Positions 15,142 through 26,384 of a stretch of DNA of 26,653 nt are shown in pieces. Made by a program: the position numbers and the translations under genes. The notes beneath the pieces were generated by a model, which worked only from the letters and a program-made list of their open reading frames with translations, was not told the DNA's origin and did no database searches. The DNA is from Archaeoglobaceae archaeon (lineage in GTDB: Archaea; Halobacteriota; Archaeoglobi; Archaeoglobales; Archaeoglobaceae). The stretch's first letter is position 1; each line of letters begins with the position of its first letter. The stretch is from assembly GCA_038893835.1 (NCBI GenBank), contig JAWAQR010000019.1:1-26653 (forward strand). Reading direction: 5' to 3'.

Positions 15142-16023
15142 TCAGTAACCGATTTCTCTTAGTTTTTCCTTTAGTAATTCTGCAGACTTTCTCAGCTTTT
15201 TAAGATCCTCTTCGCTTAAATCAACTTCCAGAACTTCTGCTCCTTCTTTACTCAATCTTGCTGGAACTCCGATTGCAACATCTCTTATTCCATACTCTCC
15301 CTGAAGCACTATGCTTACTGGCATAACTTCTTTTGTATCCATAACTATGGCTTTGATCATTCTATAAATGGAAACAGCTGGACCAAAAATCGTTGCCCCC
15401 TTTCTTTTTATAACTTCTGCAGCTACTTCTCTTGTTGTTTTTTCAGCCAAATCCCAGTCTACAGTTCCTTCAAATTTTGAGAGACTTTTGGCTATAAACA
15501 TGCTATCTCCATGCTCCCCAATTATCCATGCTTTCTCAACCTTACTCCTCATTTCATGCAAAACCCTTGCAAGTCTTGCTGAATCCAAAACACTTCCCAT
15601 TCCAAAAACTTCTCTTCTATTCTTTCCACTCTCTTTCCAGGCAACATATGTCATCAGATCCATGGGATTCGTCACCATCAGGATCTTACTTTCTGGAGAA
15701 GCTTCTACGATCTTTTTTGAAACTTCTTTGATTATACCTGCGTTTTTAACAGCTAGATCCAATCTACTCATTCCCGGCTTTCTTGCAAAGCCCGCACTGA
15801 CAACGATTACATCACTACCTTTGAGGAGAGAATAATCGCTCCCTCCAACTATTTTTGGAAACTTACCGATCGCGGAGGCAGCATGGGTTAAATCCATAGC
15901 TTCTCCAATCGCTAAATCTTCTGCTATATCAACTAATGCAATTTCGTCCAAATCTAGTTTTAGTAGGCAAGTGAAAGCTGTTACACTTCCAACTCTTCCA
16001 CTTCCAACGAATCCTAGCTTCAT
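15142..16023 (-). CDS. mdh: Malate dehydrogenase (LDH-like)
   Basis: GSGRVG nucleotide-binding motif, RKPGMSRLDL with the MDH specificity Arg, TNPMD, LDSAR and GEHGDS. It closely resembles the A. fulgidus MDH as I recall it. Confidence 0.93.
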   Translation of the reverse strand: MKLGFVGSGRVGSVTAFTCLLKLDLDEIALVDIAEDLAIGEAMDLTHAASAIGKFPKIVGGSDYSLLKGSDVIVVSAGFARKPGMSRLDLAVKNAGIIKEVSKKIVEASPESKILMVTNPMDLMTYVAWKESGKNRREVFGMGSVLDSARLARVLHEMRSKVEKAWIIGEHGDSMFIAKSLSKFEGTVDWDLAEKTTREVAAEVIKRKGATIFGPAVSIYRMIKAIVMDTKEVMPVSIVLQGEYGIRDVAIGVPARLSKEGAEVLEVDLSEEDLKKLRKSAELLKEKLREIGY

Positions 16024-16157
16024 ATAGGGTATCGTCTCCTTAATGTTTAAGCTTTACTGAATTGATCTTCCATTGTTGTAGAAAGTTACAATTCTCAAAC
16101 CTGCACAAGTTTTAAAAATCTCACAGATATGCGCAAGTTGAGCTTGAGGCGACTGAT

Positions 16158-16631
16158 ATGAAGGCGGTAATATTGATGGGATCAAAGGCGGATTTGGAGT
16201 TTTGCAAGCAAATAGCTGAAAAATTGAAGATTTTTGGAATAGATAATGAGCTGAGGGTAGCATCGGCTCATAAAACACCAGAACATGTTTTAAAGATATT
16301 AAAAGATTATGAAAATGAAGACGTTGTGTTTGTAACAGTTGCTGGAAAAAGTAACGCACTGAGTGGATTTGTTGATGCGAATACGACAAAACCTGTAATT
16401 GCAGCACCACCGATTGGAGATAAGTGGATAGATTTGTTCTCAAGCATAAGAATGCCAACAGGAGTTGCACCGATGCTTGTTTTGGAAGCTGAAAACGTTG
16501 CAGTTGCGGTAGCGAAAATATTTGCAATCAAGTATGAAAAGGTTAGGAATGCAATTATGGATTATCAGAGGAAGAAGAGAGAAGAAGTTATTGAGGCTGA
16601 TGAGGAGGTGAAGGGAAATGGGGAGCGTTAA
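16158..16631 (+). CDS. purE: AIR carboxylase PurE, class II-type signature
   Basis: ILMGSKAD, ASAHKTP, VAGKSNALSGFVD and SSIRMPTGV. Confidence 0.9.
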   Translation: MKAVILMGSKADLEFCKQIAEKLKIFGIDNELRVASAHKTPEHVLKILKDYENEDVVFVTVAGKSNALSGFVDANTTKPVIAAPPIGDKWIDLFSSIRMPTGVAPMLVLEAENVAVAVAKIFAIKYEKVRNAIMDYQRKKREEVIEADEEVKGNGER

Positions 16632-17622
16632 GGATTTAATCGTAATTAAGGAACCCTCGGATGGTTTGGGAGAGGGGATTTTCGTCTTCTCGGATCGATA
16701 CTCTGTTTTTGATTATGGTGAAATGCCCGATAAAATAGATGGAAAAGGATCATCTCTTTGCCTAATTTCTGCCTTCTTCTTTGAAAAAATCGAAGAAAGC
16801 GGCATAAGGACACATTACATTGGGCTACTTGAGGATGGAAAGTTGAAGAGATTCGATGAAGTTGAAAAAGCCACGAATATGATGAAGATAAGATTGGTCA
16901 GAACTATAAGACCTGAGAAGAAAGGAGATGGATATGATTACTCGATTTTTAAAAAGGAGCGTGGAAACTTCCTGTTGCCACTTGAGATAATATACCGTAA
17001 CAAGATCGTGGAAGGTTCATCCATTCTTAGAAGATTTGAGAGAGGGGAAATTTCACCAAAAGATTTTGGTTTGAGCGAAATAAAGCCGGGAATTAGGCTT
17101 GAAAAACCTATAGTCGATTTCAGTACAAAGCTGGAAGACGTTGATAGATATCTAAATTACAGGGAGGCGATGGAGATAGCTGGTTTAACTGAAAATGAAT
17201 TTGAAGGATTAAAAAACCTTGTTTTGAAAATCGATGAACTGATAACTAAAGAAGTTGCGAAAGCAAGACTTGAGAATGAGGATGGAAAAATTGAGGTCGC
17301 TTTTGATGATAAAAGGGAATTCATGGTCGTAGATGCAGTTGGAACACCTGATGAGTGCAGGTTCAGCCTCGATGGATTTGAAGTCAGTAAGGAGTTCCTC
17401 AGAAATTATTACAGAAAGACGGAGTGGTATGAGAAGGTTAAGAAGTATAAAGGAATGAAGGATTGGAGGGAAATCGTAGGAAAACCACCAAAATTGCCTC
17501 AGAAGATAAAGGAGCTTGTATCGATCATTTACATGTCTCTATGTAACGAAATAACAGGGAGAAAATTTTTTGATGTTCCAAAGCTGAGGGATGCGATCAG
17601 GGAGTTTAGGGAAGTGATATGA
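16618..17622 (+). CDS. purC: SAICAR synthetase (long archaeal form)
   Basis: MGSVKDL, FSDRYSVFD, STKLE..D, DGKIE and DAVGTPDECRF. Strong Shine-Dalgarno GGAGGTGA at 16604-16611. Confidence 0.92.
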   Translation: MGSVKDLIVIKEPSDGLGEGIFVFSDRYSVFDYGEMPDKIDGKGSSLCLISAFFFEKIEESGIRTHYIGLLEDGKLKRFDEVEKATNMMKIRLVRTIRPEKKGDGYDYSIFKKERGNFLLPLEIIYRNKIVEGSSILRRFERGEISPKDFGLSEIKPGIRLEKPIVDFSTKLEDVDRYLNYREAMEIAGLTENEFEGLKNLVLKIDELITKEVAKARLENEDGKIEVAFDDKREFMVVDAVGTPDECRFSLDGFEVSKEFLRNYYRKTEWYEKVKKYKGMKDWREIVGKPPKLPQKIKELVSIIYMSLCNEITGRKFFDVPKLRDAIREFREVI

Positions 17623-18689
17623 AAGCTGCGATTGCGCTGGAGGATGGAACTTATCTTGAAGGAAAGGCTTTTGGTGCAGAAAAGATTGCAGTTGGAGAGC
17701 TTGTTTTTTGCACTTCAATGACAGGCTACGTTGAAGCTCTGACAGATCCGAGTTATAAGGGACAAATTCTAATGATGACTTATCCCCTGATCGGCAATTA
17801 TGGTGTCTGCAGAGAGGACTTTGAGAGCGATGGAGTTAAGGTAGAAGGATTTGTTGTTAGGGAGCTTTGCAAAAAGCCAAGCAATTACAGAAGCGAGATG
17901 ACAGTTGATGAGCTTTTGAAAAGTTACGAAGTTGTTGGAATCGAAGGTGTGGATACGAGAATGCTGACGAGGAAGATAAGGATTTATGGTTCCATGAAAG
18001 CAGCTATTGGTGTTGGAGTTGAAAGGGAGAAGTTGATAAAAATTGCCAGAGATCAGCCTTTCATTTCCGAGATAGATCTTGTTGACAAAGTATGCGTTAG
18101 AGAGCCAAAGAGGATCGATGTCGGTGGAAAATTCGAGGTTGTATTGATCGATTGTGGTGTTAAGAGGAGTATAATCAGGCAATTGCTGAAGAAGGGAATA
18201 AATCTTACAGTTGTTCCCTACAATTTCCCTGCTGAAGCCATTTTGGAAATGGATCCGGATGGTTTGTTCATTTCAAATGGTCCTGGAGATCCTGCAAGAG
18301 TTAAGGAAACGATTGAAACTATCCGAAAACTTGCAAATAAATTGCCAATAGCTGGGATCTGTTTAGGTCATCAGCTCACAGCACTGGCTTTTAAAGCAAA
18401 AACTTTCAAGCTGAAGTTTGGACATCACGGAAGCAATCAGCCAACGAAAGACTTGGAAACTGGAAGGGTTTTCATTTCAAGCCAAAACCACAATTTCGCA
18501 GTAGATGAAAAAACCTTACCAAAGGAATTTGAGGTTACTCAAATAAATCTGAACGATGGAACTGTTGAGGGGTTGAAACATAAAGAGTTACCAATAATTA
18601 CGGTCCAATATCATCCAGAAGCCGGACCTGGGCCGCATGATACTTATTTCTTCTTCGAAAACTTCGTAAAGCTGCTTAAAGAGTGGTAA
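17619..18689 (+). CDS. carA: Carbamoyl-phosphate synthase small subunit
   Basis: [32 protein letters not shown] (catalytic Cys), SQNHNF and [10 protein letters not shown]. Confidence 0.97.
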   Translation: MKAAIALEDGTYLEGKAFGAEKIAVGELVFCTSMTGYVEALTDPSYKGQILMMTYPLIGNYGVCREDFESDGVKVEGFVVRELCKKPSNYRSEMTVDELLKSYEVVGIEGVDTRMLTRKIRIYGSMKAAIGVGVEREKLIKIARDQPFISEIDLVDKVCVREPKRIDVGGKFEVVLIDCGVKRSIIRQLLKKGINLTVVPYNFPAEAILEMDPDGLFISNGPGDPARVKETIETIRKLANKLPIAGICLGHQLTALAFKAKTFKLKFGHHGSNQPTKDLETGRVFISSQNHNFAVDEKTLPKEFEVTQINLNDGTVEGLKHKELPIITVQYHPEAGPGPHDTYFFFENFVKLLKEW

Positions 18690-18690
18690 A

Positions 18691-21600
18691 ATGCCGAAGA
18701 GGGAAGATTTAAGGAAAATAATGGTAATAGGTAGTGGCCCAATAGTGATTGGACAGGCGGCTGAATTTGATTATTCTGGAAGCCAAGCATGCAAGGCGCT
18801 AAGAGAAGAGGGGATAAAAGTCGTGCTCGTAAATTCAAATCCAGCGACTATAATGACAGATCCAGAAATGGCAGACAGGGTTTACATAGAACCACTTACC
18901 GCTGATATAGTGGCTAAGATAGTTGAAAAAGAAGTTCCAGATGCAATTCTTCCAACACTTGGAGGTCAGACTGCGCTTAATTTAGCAATTCAGCTGGATG
19001 AAATGGGAGTACTTGAGGAATATGGAGTTGAACTCATCGGTGCTAAGGCGGAAGCGATTAGAAAGGCTGAGGATAGAGAACTCTTTAAGCAATGCATGCT
19101 GAAAATAGGACTTGAAGTTCCGAGAAGTAAGAGTGTTTACGATGTAGAATCGGCTTTGGAATTTGCAGAAGAAGTAGGTTATCCAGTAATCATAAGACCC
19201 GCATTCACCCTTGGCGGAACTGGAGGGGGAATTGCTTACAACAAAGAAGAGCTGAAAGAAATAGTTAGCAGAGGTTTGAGACTTTCGATGATAGGACAGG
19301 TTTTGGTTGAGGAGAGTGTAATAGGATGGAAAGAGTTCGAATTGGAAGTCATGCGCGATCTCGCGGACAATGTGGTGATAATATGCTCAATAGAGAACTT
19401 TGATCCAATGGGTATCCATACAGGAGACAGCATAACAGTTGCTCCGGCGCAAACCTTAACAGATTACGAGTATCAGAGAATGAGAGATGCTGCAATTGCA
19501 ATTATAAGAGAAATTGGTGTTGAAACAGGTGGTAGCAATATACAATTTGCCATAAATCCGAAGAATGGAAAAATGGTGGCCATAGAAATGAATCCCAGAG
19601 TCTCTAGAAGCTCTGCTCTAGCGTCGAAGGCTACTGGATTTCCAATAGCTAAAATAGCTGCAAAGCTGGCAATAGGTTATACGCTGGATGAAATTCCAAA
19701 CGATATAACAAAGGAGACACCTGCAAGTTTTGAACCTTCGATTGATTACGTGGTTGTAAAGGTTCCACGTTTTGCCTTTGACAAATTCCCCACTGCAGAT
19801 CAGACACTTGGAACGCAGATGAAAAGCGTTGGAGAAGTAATGGCAATAGGCAGAACGTTTGAAGAAGCATTGCAAAAAGCATTGAGGAGTTTGGAAATTG
19901 GAAGAAGTGGACTTGGATGTGATGGAAAAGACAAAGAAGTTACTAGGGATGAGATAATAAGGAAGTTAAGGTTTTCGAGTTATGACAGGATTTTTTACAT
20001 TCGCTATGCCTTCCAGCATGGATTTACGGTTGAAGAAGTTTACAAGTTGACGTGCATAGATCCCTGGTTCTTGGAAAAGATAAAGAATATAGTGGATTTT
20101 GAGGAAAAAATCAAGGAACTCGCTAAAAAGTATAGGATTGAGGAATTGCCTCCCGAAATATTGAGAGAGGCGAAGAGGTTGGGATTTTCAGATAGGCAGC
20201 TAGCTCACATTTTTAAGGTTAGCGAATTTGAAGTCAGGAAAATCAGGAAGGCCAAGGGTATAATACCTGTCTACAAAATGGTCGATACGTGTGCAGCTGA
20301 GTTTGAGGCAAAGACACCATATTTCTACTCCACCTATGAAGAAGAAAACGAGGCAATTCCAACGAACAGAAAGAAGGTAATTATTCTCGGATCTGGACCA
20401 AATAGAATTGGACAAGGAATAGAATTTGATTATTGCTGTGTCCATGCTGTTTTTAGTGCAAAGGAAGAAGGATATGAGACAATAATGGTGAACTGCAATC
20501 CAGAAACGGTTTCAACCGATTACGACACATCTGATCGGCTTTACTTTGAGCCAATAACTTGCGAGGATGTTATGAACATATATGAAAACGAGAGGCCTGA
20601 GGGAATCTTTGTTCAATTTGGAGGTCAGACACCGTTGAATATATCAAAAGACTTGGAAACTTGTGGCGCAAAAATCTTGGGAACTTCTGTTGACTCCATA
20701 GACATAGCAGAGGATAGAAAGAGGTTTGATGAATTACTTGGAAAGCTAGGAATTCCAAGACCGAAAGGAGGAATTGCTTTCAGTGTTGAAGAAGCGAAGA
20801 AAGTTGCCAGGGAGATAGGCTATCCAGTTTTAGTCAGACCAAGCTATGTGCTTGGCGGAAGAGCGATGAGAATAGTTTATGATGAGAAGATGCTTGAAGA
20901 AATTGCAAATGAGGCAATTGAAGTCAGTGAAAACAAACCAATATTGATAGACAAGTTTTTGGAGGACGCGATAGAAGTTGAAGTCGATGCTATCTGTGAT
21001 GGAGAAGAAGTTTTTATACCAGCAATCATGGAACACATTGAAGAAGCAGGTGTTCACAGTGGAGATGCTGCTTGTGTAATTCCGCCAATTTCTCTATCAA
21101 AGGAAATAATGGATACAATTGAAGAATATACGAAAAAGATAGCGCTTGCTTTGAAAGTTGTCGGTCTGATAAACGTTCAGTATGCTGTGAAGGATGGAGT
21201 TGTTTACGTTCTAGAAGCAAATCCTAGAGCGAGTAGAACAGTACCATTCGTGAGCAAGGCGACAGGAATTCCACTTGCAAAAATTGCGACCAAAGTAATC
21301 TTGGGCAAGAAGCTAAGGGAATTTAATCTAAGGAAACCTGTATTGAAGCATATTGCTGTCAAAGAAGCTGTTTTTCCATTTGCAAAGCTTCCAGGGGTAG
21401 ATGTAGTCCTTGGTCCAGAGATGAAGTCGACAGGAGAAGTAATGGGAATTGACTACGACTTTGGAATCGCCTACTTCAAAGCTGAGCTAGCTGCTGGAAT
21501 GAGATTGCCGACAAGTGGTAACGTTTTGATAAGCGTTAAAGATGCAGATAAGCCGAAAATTGTTAAGATAGCGAAGAAATTCTTGGAACTTGGCTTTAAG

Positions 21601-21927
21601 ATATATGCAACTGAGGGAACTGCGAGGTATTTGAGGGAAAATGGAATAGATGTTCAACTAGCCTTGAAAGTGAGCCAGGGAAGGCCAAATGTTGTAGATA
21701 TGATAATAAATGGGCAGATCGACTTAATAATAAACACCCCAACTGGAAAAAGAGGAAAGACTGAGGGATATGAAATCAGAAGAGCTGCAGTAGAATATGG
21801 GGTTCCATATATAACCACGATTCCCGGTGCAATAGCAGCTGTTAAGGCTATAGAGGCAGTTAAGAAAGGTAATATTACCGTGAAGTCGATTCAAGAATAC
21901 CATGAAGAGGTTCGAAGATTATCTTGA
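18691..21927 (+). CDS. carB: Carbamoyl-phosphate synthase large subunit (unsplit)
   Basis: [17 protein letters not shown], two ATP-grasp halves ([10 protein letters not shown] and EANPRASRT) and a C-terminal MGS domain. 1078 aa. Confidence 0.98.
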   Translation: MPKREDLRKIMVIGSGPIVIGQAAEFDYSGSQACKALREEGIKVVLVNSNPATIMTDPEMADRVYIEPLTADIVAKIVEKEVPDAILPTLGGQTALNLAIQLDEMGVLEEYGVELIGAKAEAIRKAEDRELFKQCMLKIGLEVPRSKSVYDVESALEFAEEVGYPVIIRPAFTLGGTGGGIAYNKEELKEIVSRGLRLSMIGQVLVEESVIGWKEFELEVMRDLADNVVIICSIENFDPMGIHTGDSITVAPAQTLTDYEYQRMRDAAIAIIREIGVETGGSNIQFAINPKNGKMVAIEMNPRVSRSSALASKATGFPIAKIAAKLAIGYTLDEIPNDITKETPASFEPSIDYVVVKVPRFAFDKFPTADQTLGTQMKSVGEVMAIGRTFEEALQKALRSLEIGRSGLGCDGKDKEVTRDEIIRKLRFSSYDRIFYIRYAFQHGFTVEEVYKLTCIDPWFLEKIKNIVDFEEKIKELAKKYRIEELPPEILREAKRLGFSDRQLAHIFKVSEFEVRKIRKAKGIIPVYKMVDTCAAEFEAKTPYFYSTYEEENEAIPTNRKKVIILGSGPNRIGQGIEFDYCCVHAVFSAKEEGYETIMVNCNPETVSTDYDTSDRLYFEPITCEDVMNIYENERPEGIFVQFGGQTPLNISKDLETCGAKILGTSVDSIDIAEDRKRFDELLGKLGIPRPKGGIAFSVEEAKKVAREIGYPVLVRPSYVLGGRAMRIVYDEKMLEEIANEAIEVSENKPILIDKFLEDAIEVEVDAICDGEEVFIPAIMEHIEEAGVHSGDAACVIPPISLSKEIMDTIEEYTKKIALALKVVGLINVQYAVKDGVVYVLEANPRASRTVPFVSKATGIPLAKIATKVILGKKLREFNLRKPVLKHIAVKEAVFPFAKLPGVDVVLGPEMKSTGEVMGIDYDFGIAYFKAELAAGMRLPTSGNVLISVKDADKPKIVKIAKKFLELGFKIYATEGTARYLRENGIDVQLALKVSQGRPNVVDMIINGQIDLIINTPTGKRGKTEGYEIRRAAVEYGVPYITTIPGAIAAVKAIEAVKKGNITVKSIQEYHEEVRRLS

Positions 21928-22588
21928 AAACCTTGTAAAGCTCGATTTTGATAGAGAAGAAAGAGCTGGAAAACCGGAAGCGATATTTGGTGAAGGAAAA
22001 TCTGTTGATATAATAATTAAAATTGCAGAGGAGTATAAAAGAAGAGGGAAGCCTGTTTTGTTCACAAGGCTAAATAAAGAACAAATGTTGGCGCTAAAAG
22101 AAATTGGGGCTGAAGTGAACGAGATTTCCAGAACTGCTACAATTGGAAAGGCAAAAGAAGTGATAGGAAAGGTAGCAATTCTAACTGCCGGTACAGCAGA
22201 CATTCCTGTTGCTGAAGAGGCAAAGATTACGGCTGAATTTTTGGGTTTGGAAGTTTTGAGATTTTACGATGTTGGCGTCGCGGGTTTGCACAGACTTTTG
22301 GAGCCTGTTAAAGTGATAAGGGAAGAGGATGTTGATAGCATTATTGTTGTTGCGGGAATGGAGGGGGCTTTACCATCGATAGTTGCAGGACTGGTCGATC
22401 TTCCTGTGATAGCAGTTCCAACTTCCGTTGGATATGGAGTTAATTTGGGTGGAATTACGACTCTATTTTCAATGCTTCAAAGCTGTCCATCCGGTGTAGC
22501 TGTTGTGAACATCGACAACGGCTTTGGTGCAGCTGTCTTTGCATACATGATCTCCAGAGTTAAATGGAGAAATCGGAAAAATTTATAA
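21902..22588 (+). CDS. larB: LarB-family (PurE-like) nickel-pincer cofactor biosynthesis carboxylase
   Basis: [56 protein letters not shown] and [11 protein letters not shown]. Confidence 0.88.
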   Translation: MKRFEDYLENLVKLDFDREERAGKPEAIFGEGKSVDIIIKIAEEYKRRGKPVLFTRLNKEQMLALKEIGAEVNEISRTATIGKAKEVIGKVAILTAGTADIPVAEEAKITAEFLGLEVLRFYDVGVAGLHRLLEPVKVIREEDVDSIIVVAGMEGALPSIVAGLVDLPVIAVPTSVGYGVNLGGITTLFSMLQSCPSGVAVVNIDNGFGAAVFAYMISRVKWRNRKNL

Positions 22589-22610
22589 TTTTTTAGCTTA
22601 ACTGAGAATT

Positions 22611-23093
22611 ATGAAGTTTGAGATCGTTAAAATAGATGTTCCCAAGGATTGCAACGTAATCCTTGGAATGGCCCACTTCATAAAGACAGTCGAAGACTTA
22701 TATGAAGCGCTTGTGAACTCTGTTCCGGGAATAAAGTTTGGTCTGGCCTTCTGCGAAGCTTCTGGTAAATGCCTCGTCAGACACGAAGGAAACGATCCGG
22801 AGTTAAGAGAGCTCGCAGCAAAGAAGGCGTTGGAGTTGGCCTGTGGACATAGCTTCATCATATTCATAAAGAACGCATATCCGATAAATGTTCTGGGAAA
22901 GATTAAAGAGGTCCCGGAAGTCTGTGGAATTTTCGCAGCAACTGCGAATCCATTGCAGGTCATAGTTGCAGAGACTGAGCAGGGAAGAGGGATAGTGGGG
23001 GTAATAGATGGATTTAAGAGCAAGGGAATTGAAGGGGAGGATGAGAGGAAAGAGAGAAAGGAATTTCTTAGAAAGATTGGGTATAAACTCTAG
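22611..23093 (+). CDS. DUF355 / adenosine-specific kinase family protein
   Basis: [54 protein letters not shown] and FLRKIGYK. Confidence 0.85.
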   Translation: MKFEIVKIDVPKDCNVILGMAHFIKTVEDLYEALVNSVPGIKFGLAFCEASGKCLVRHEGNDPELRELAAKKALELACGHSFIIFIKNAYPINVLGKIKEVPEVCGIFAATANPLQVIVAETEQGRGIVGVIDGFKSKGIEGEDERKERKEFLRKIGYKL

Positions 23094-23135
23094 GGTGGGT
23101 AAAGCAAAATCTATAATCCAGTCGAGAATTTATTC

Positions 23136-24416
23136 ATGAAAGCACTCCTATTACTCCTCGCAATCTTACCAATTGCTGGTGCGAGCGAGATTGTGGTTGT
23201 AAAGATCAAGGGGGAGATCACGGAAGGTACGTTTATAGAAGTTCAAAACGCATATGAAGTGGCTAAGAAAGAAGGAGCAGAAATTTTCTTAATTGAGCTA
23301 GATACACCCGGCGGACTCTTTTCTTCCACTCAAAAAATAATTGAAATTCTCTTAAGAAGCGAGATACCAGTAGTTGCATACGTTGAAAGGGGTTCGATCT
23401 GCGCCTCTGCTGGAACTTTAATCCTCCTTTCTGCTCATGTGACTGCTTTGGCAAATGGGACTGCCATAGGTGCCGCAACTCCAGTCGGAATGGCTCCTGG
23501 GGCTGAAAACAAAACGATAAATTACATAGCTACTTACGTCAAGGACATTGCAAATACCAGAGGGAGAGATGCAAAGATCGCTGAGAAATTCGTAACAGAA
23601 GCGCTTAGTTTGACAGCCAAAGAAGCTTACGAGCTTGGAATCGTTGATATACTTGCTGACAGCAGAGAGGAGTTGATAAAGAAGCTGGATGGAAGGAAAG
23701 TGGTTGTTGATGGTAGAGAACTCGTTCTTGAAACTAGCAGCTATCGTATCATAGAGGTTAAAAGACCGATACAGGCTGACATTTACAGCTTCATTTCAAA
23801 TCCTGCCATTGCTACCATCTTACTCATGGCCGGAATTTACCTTTTGATCTTCGGTTTAACTTCTCCAGGAATGTTAGCTGAAGTCGTTGGAGCAATACTT
23901 CTCCTTTTAGCATTGGCTGGTTTTGGATTTATAAGCGTGGACTATCTTGGAATACTCCTGATAATTCTTGGAGTTCTATTTCTGATCGCTGAACTGTTTA
24001 CTCCAACCTACGGCCTTCTAAGTGTGGCCTCGATAATATCAGTCATTTTAGGGCTGACAATTTTAGTTAAAGAACCTCTTATGCCTCCAAATTTTTATGA
24101 CTTCTTTCTAAAATTCGCTATAGGCATAGGAGTCGGCATAGCGATACTGATGACTTTCATGATATCAAAGATTCTAAAAATAAGGAGAAAAAAGAGTTCA
24201 ATGGGGGAGGTAGTTGGGCTAAAAGGAGAAGTTTTGGAGTTCAGGGATGGAAAAGGGTTTGCAAGAATTCGTGGAGAGATTTGGAGCATAGAATCTGAAG
24301 ATGATCTCTCCAAAGGAGATGAAATAATTGTTTTGGAAAGAGATGGATTGAAGTTGAAGGTGAGAAAGGTTGAGACTAGAAGAGGAGCTGAGAGAAGAGA
24401 CGAAAAAATGGCTTAA
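23136..24416 (+). CDS. nfeD: NfeD (long form) membrane-bound ClpP-like serine protease
   Basis: Signal peptide, LDTPGG, ASAGT (catalytic Ser), IGAATP, a multi-TM region and a C-terminal OB-like domain (ARIRGEIW). Confidence 0.88.
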   Translation: MKALLLLLAILPIAGASEIVVVKIKGEITEGTFIEVQNAYEVAKKEGAEIFLIELDTPGGLFSSTQKIIEILLRSEIPVVAYVERGSICASAGTLILLSAHVTALANGTAIGAATPVGMAPGAENKTINYIATYVKDIANTRGRDAKIAEKFVTEALSLTAKEAYELGIVDILADSREELIKKLDGRKVVVDGRELVLETSSYRIIEVKRPIQADIYSFISNPAIATILLMAGIYLLIFGLTSPGMLAEVVGAILLLLALAGFGFISVDYLGILLIILGVLFLIAELFTPTYGLLSVASIISVILGLTILVKEPLMPPNFYDFFLKFAIGIGVGIAILMTFMISKILKIRRKKSSMGEVVGLKGEVLEFRDGKGFARIRGEIWSIESEDDLSKGDEIIVLERDGLKLKVRKVETRRGAERRDEKMA

Positions 24417-24633
24417 AAGAATAAGAGAAAGAATTGAGGAAATCGGTGGAGAAAAGAACTTTCTGGAAAACATAAAGGCGTATGTGAAGGATTGCGAATA
24501 CTTTTTGGAAAAGGGTGATCTCATAAAGGCTTTTGAATGTGTTGTCTGGGCTTGGGCATGGCTTGAGATTGGCTTAGAGGTGGGAAAGATTGCGCCTCGG
24601 ACAGCACATGCTGGTGAACAGAAAGATAGCTGA
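24370..24633 (+). CDS. DUF357-family small archaeal protein
   Basis: [33 protein letters not shown] matches the DUF357 pattern. TTG start. Confidence 0.8.
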   Translation: MRLEEELREETKKWLKRIRERIEEIGGEKNFLENIKAYVKDCEYFLEKGDLIKAFECVVWAWAWLEIGLEVGKIAPRTAHAGEQKDS

Positions 24634-25321
24634 AAGGATTGCGAGATATGCTGAATTAAAGGGGAGCGATGTAGTTCTAGAAGTTGGCTGTGGAACAGGA
24701 AATTTGACGGCAGAGCTTCTTAAATTCTGTAAAGTTGTTGGAATTGAAAAGGATTCGAGAATGATTGAAAAGTTGAGAAAGAGGTTTAGAAATGAAATTG
24801 AAAGCGGAAGATTTGTTTTAATCCATGGTGATGCTCTGAAAGTAGACTTCCCATCTTTTAACAAATTCGTTTCGAACATTCCTTACGAGATCTCATCTCC
24901 CTTGATCTTCAAGCTTTTAAAGTACAAATTCGAAGTTGCGATAGTGATGCTGCAGAAAGAATTTGCACAGAGACTTTGCAATGAAGATAGTAGATTGGGT
25001 GTGATCTCAAAAGCTTACTGCAGCCCAAAAATTCTTGAAATAGTTGGTAAGGAAAACTTCAGACCAATTCCCAAAGTTGAATCAGCAGTAGTTTTGATAG
25101 AGCCTAGGCCAGAAGTGAAGGTTAAGAACATTCAACTCTTTGAGAAGTTCGTCACATTTGCCTTTTCAATGAGAAGAAAAAAACTTGAAAACATCGTTGA
25201 GGAATTCAGGGAGAGGTTTGGAATAAATTTAAAGCTCGATCCAGATCTTGCAATTAAAAGACCAGAAGAGATAGGGGCGAAAAACTTTGTGAGGATTGTT
25301 GATGATCTACGAACCAGCTGA
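24590..25321 (+). CDS. rsmA: 16S rRNA adenine dimethyltransferase KsgA/Dim1
   Basis: [53 protein letters not shown] and RRKKL. Confidence 0.95.
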   Translation: MRLGQHMLVNRKIAERIARYAELKGSDVVLEVGCGTGNLTAELLKFCKVVGIEKDSRMIEKLRKRFRNEIESGRFVLIHGDALKVDFPSFNKFVSNIPYEISSPLIFKLLKYKFEVAIVMLQKEFAQRLCNEDSRLGVISKAYCSPKILEIVGKENFRPIPKVESAVVLIEPRPEVKVKNIQLFEKFVTFAFSMRRKKLENIVEEFRERFGINLKLDPDLAIKRPEEIGAKNFVRIVDDLRTS

Positions 25322-25835
25322 AGATAGTGAGCTCCTGCTTAAAGTTGCTCTTAAAGAAGTGAAAAAAGATGATACGGTAATCGAAGTAGGGGCTGGTAGT
25401 GGATATGTTGCAGAGAAATTGCTAGGAAAATGCAGTTTTTTACTCACAACAGATATCTCCCCATTTGCGGTCAGAGAATTAAGGAAAAAGGGTTTGAACG
25501 TTGTAAGGACTGATATAGCGATGGGAGTGAAAAAGAAGTTCTCTCTAGTCCTATTCAATCCCCCCTATCTCGAATTGGAGGAGGAATTAAAAAGGGATTT
25601 CTGGCAGGACTGCGCAATTCATGGCGGAAAAGGGGGGATGGAAGTTATGTGCAAGTTCCTTGATTTGCTGAGAGATTTCATGACAGATGATGGTAGGGCG
25701 ATATTGATAGCATCTTCACAGAATCATGGCATCTTTGATGAAATCAGAAAAAGGGGTTTTGTATTCGAAATAGTTGGAGAGGAAAAGCTTTTCTTTGAAA
25801 AAATTTACGCTATCAAAATTTCATTACCAAAATAA
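25302..25835 (+). CDS. HemK2/MTQ2-family protein-glutamine methyltransferase
   Basis: [24 protein letters not shown] and GGKGG. The ATG at 25302 is preferred over the TTG at 25296. Confidence 0.88.
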   Translation: MIYEPAEDSELLLKVALKEVKKDDTVIEVGAGSGYVAEKLLGKCSFLLTTDISPFAVRELRKKGLNVVRTDIAMGVKKKFSLVLFNPPYLELEEELKRDFWQDCAIHGGKGGMEVMCKFLDLLRDFMTDDGRAILIASSQNHGIFDEIRKRGFVFEIVGEEKLFFEKIYAIKISLPK

Positions 25836-26346
25836 GATCCTTTTTCTCTATTTTTTCTCCACTGGCAGTCATCGCAATTCCTTCCTTTACAAGTATTTTC
25901 TCCCCACACCTCGGATTTCCGGGACTTGAGACAACTACATAGACTCCATCGCTAACACAGCTGAGCCTTTTAACTTCCTTTTTACAATCGCTACAGGCAT
26001 GGATGATCAGATTAAGCTTTTCAGCGACTTCATCGCTCATATGATGCTCCAACTCACATGCAAGTTTTGATGCCAGTTTTTCGTCAACTCCAATATGTTT
26101 GAAGAAACTAAAGGCTATAGCATATCTTCTTTTAATCTTTTCGGCGATTTCTTCACCATTTCTCGTAAGAACAACTCCCTTGTATGGACTGTAATCAACA
26201 TAACCTTTTTCTCTTAGTTTTAATAGCATTTCCGTTACACTTGCAGGTTTCACGTTTAGAATCTTGGCTATATCTCCAGTCTTTGCAACTTTTCCTTTTT
26301 TCTGCAAGTCATAAATAGCTTCTAGATATTCTTCAACTCTTTCCAC
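25813..26346 (-). CDS. DtxR/MntR-family metal-dependent transcriptional regulator
   Basis: [37 protein letters not shown] and ACELEHH. The start is probably the GTG at 26346, which has a TATA-like CTATTAAT upstream; the ORF track uses the ATG at 26388. Confidence 0.9.
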   Translation of the reverse strand: MERVEEYLEAIYDLQKKGKVAKTGDIAKILNVKPASVTEMLLKLREKGYVDYSPYKGVVLTRNGEEIAEKIKRRYAIAFSFFKHIGVDEKLASKLACELEHHMSDEVAEKLNLIIHACSDCKKEVKRLSCVSDGVYVVVSSPGNPRCGEKILVKEGIAMTASGEKIEKKDLILVMKF

Positions 26347-26384
26347 AATAAAAGGTTGAATTCGAAAATTAATAGATTTCGCAT

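Noticed and set aside
16054-16527. 157-aa minus-strand ORF
   Set aside because: It is the antisense shadow of purE with atypical Q/L/S-rich composition.
18691-21927. Internal duplication in carB
   Set aside because: This is the well-known two-ATP-grasp architecture and is not novel.
1249-25558. The many other 60-155 aa ORFs antisense to or inside called genes
   Set aside because: They overlap well-supported genes and have the Ser/Phe/Ile-rich composition expected from reverse-complemented coding sequence.
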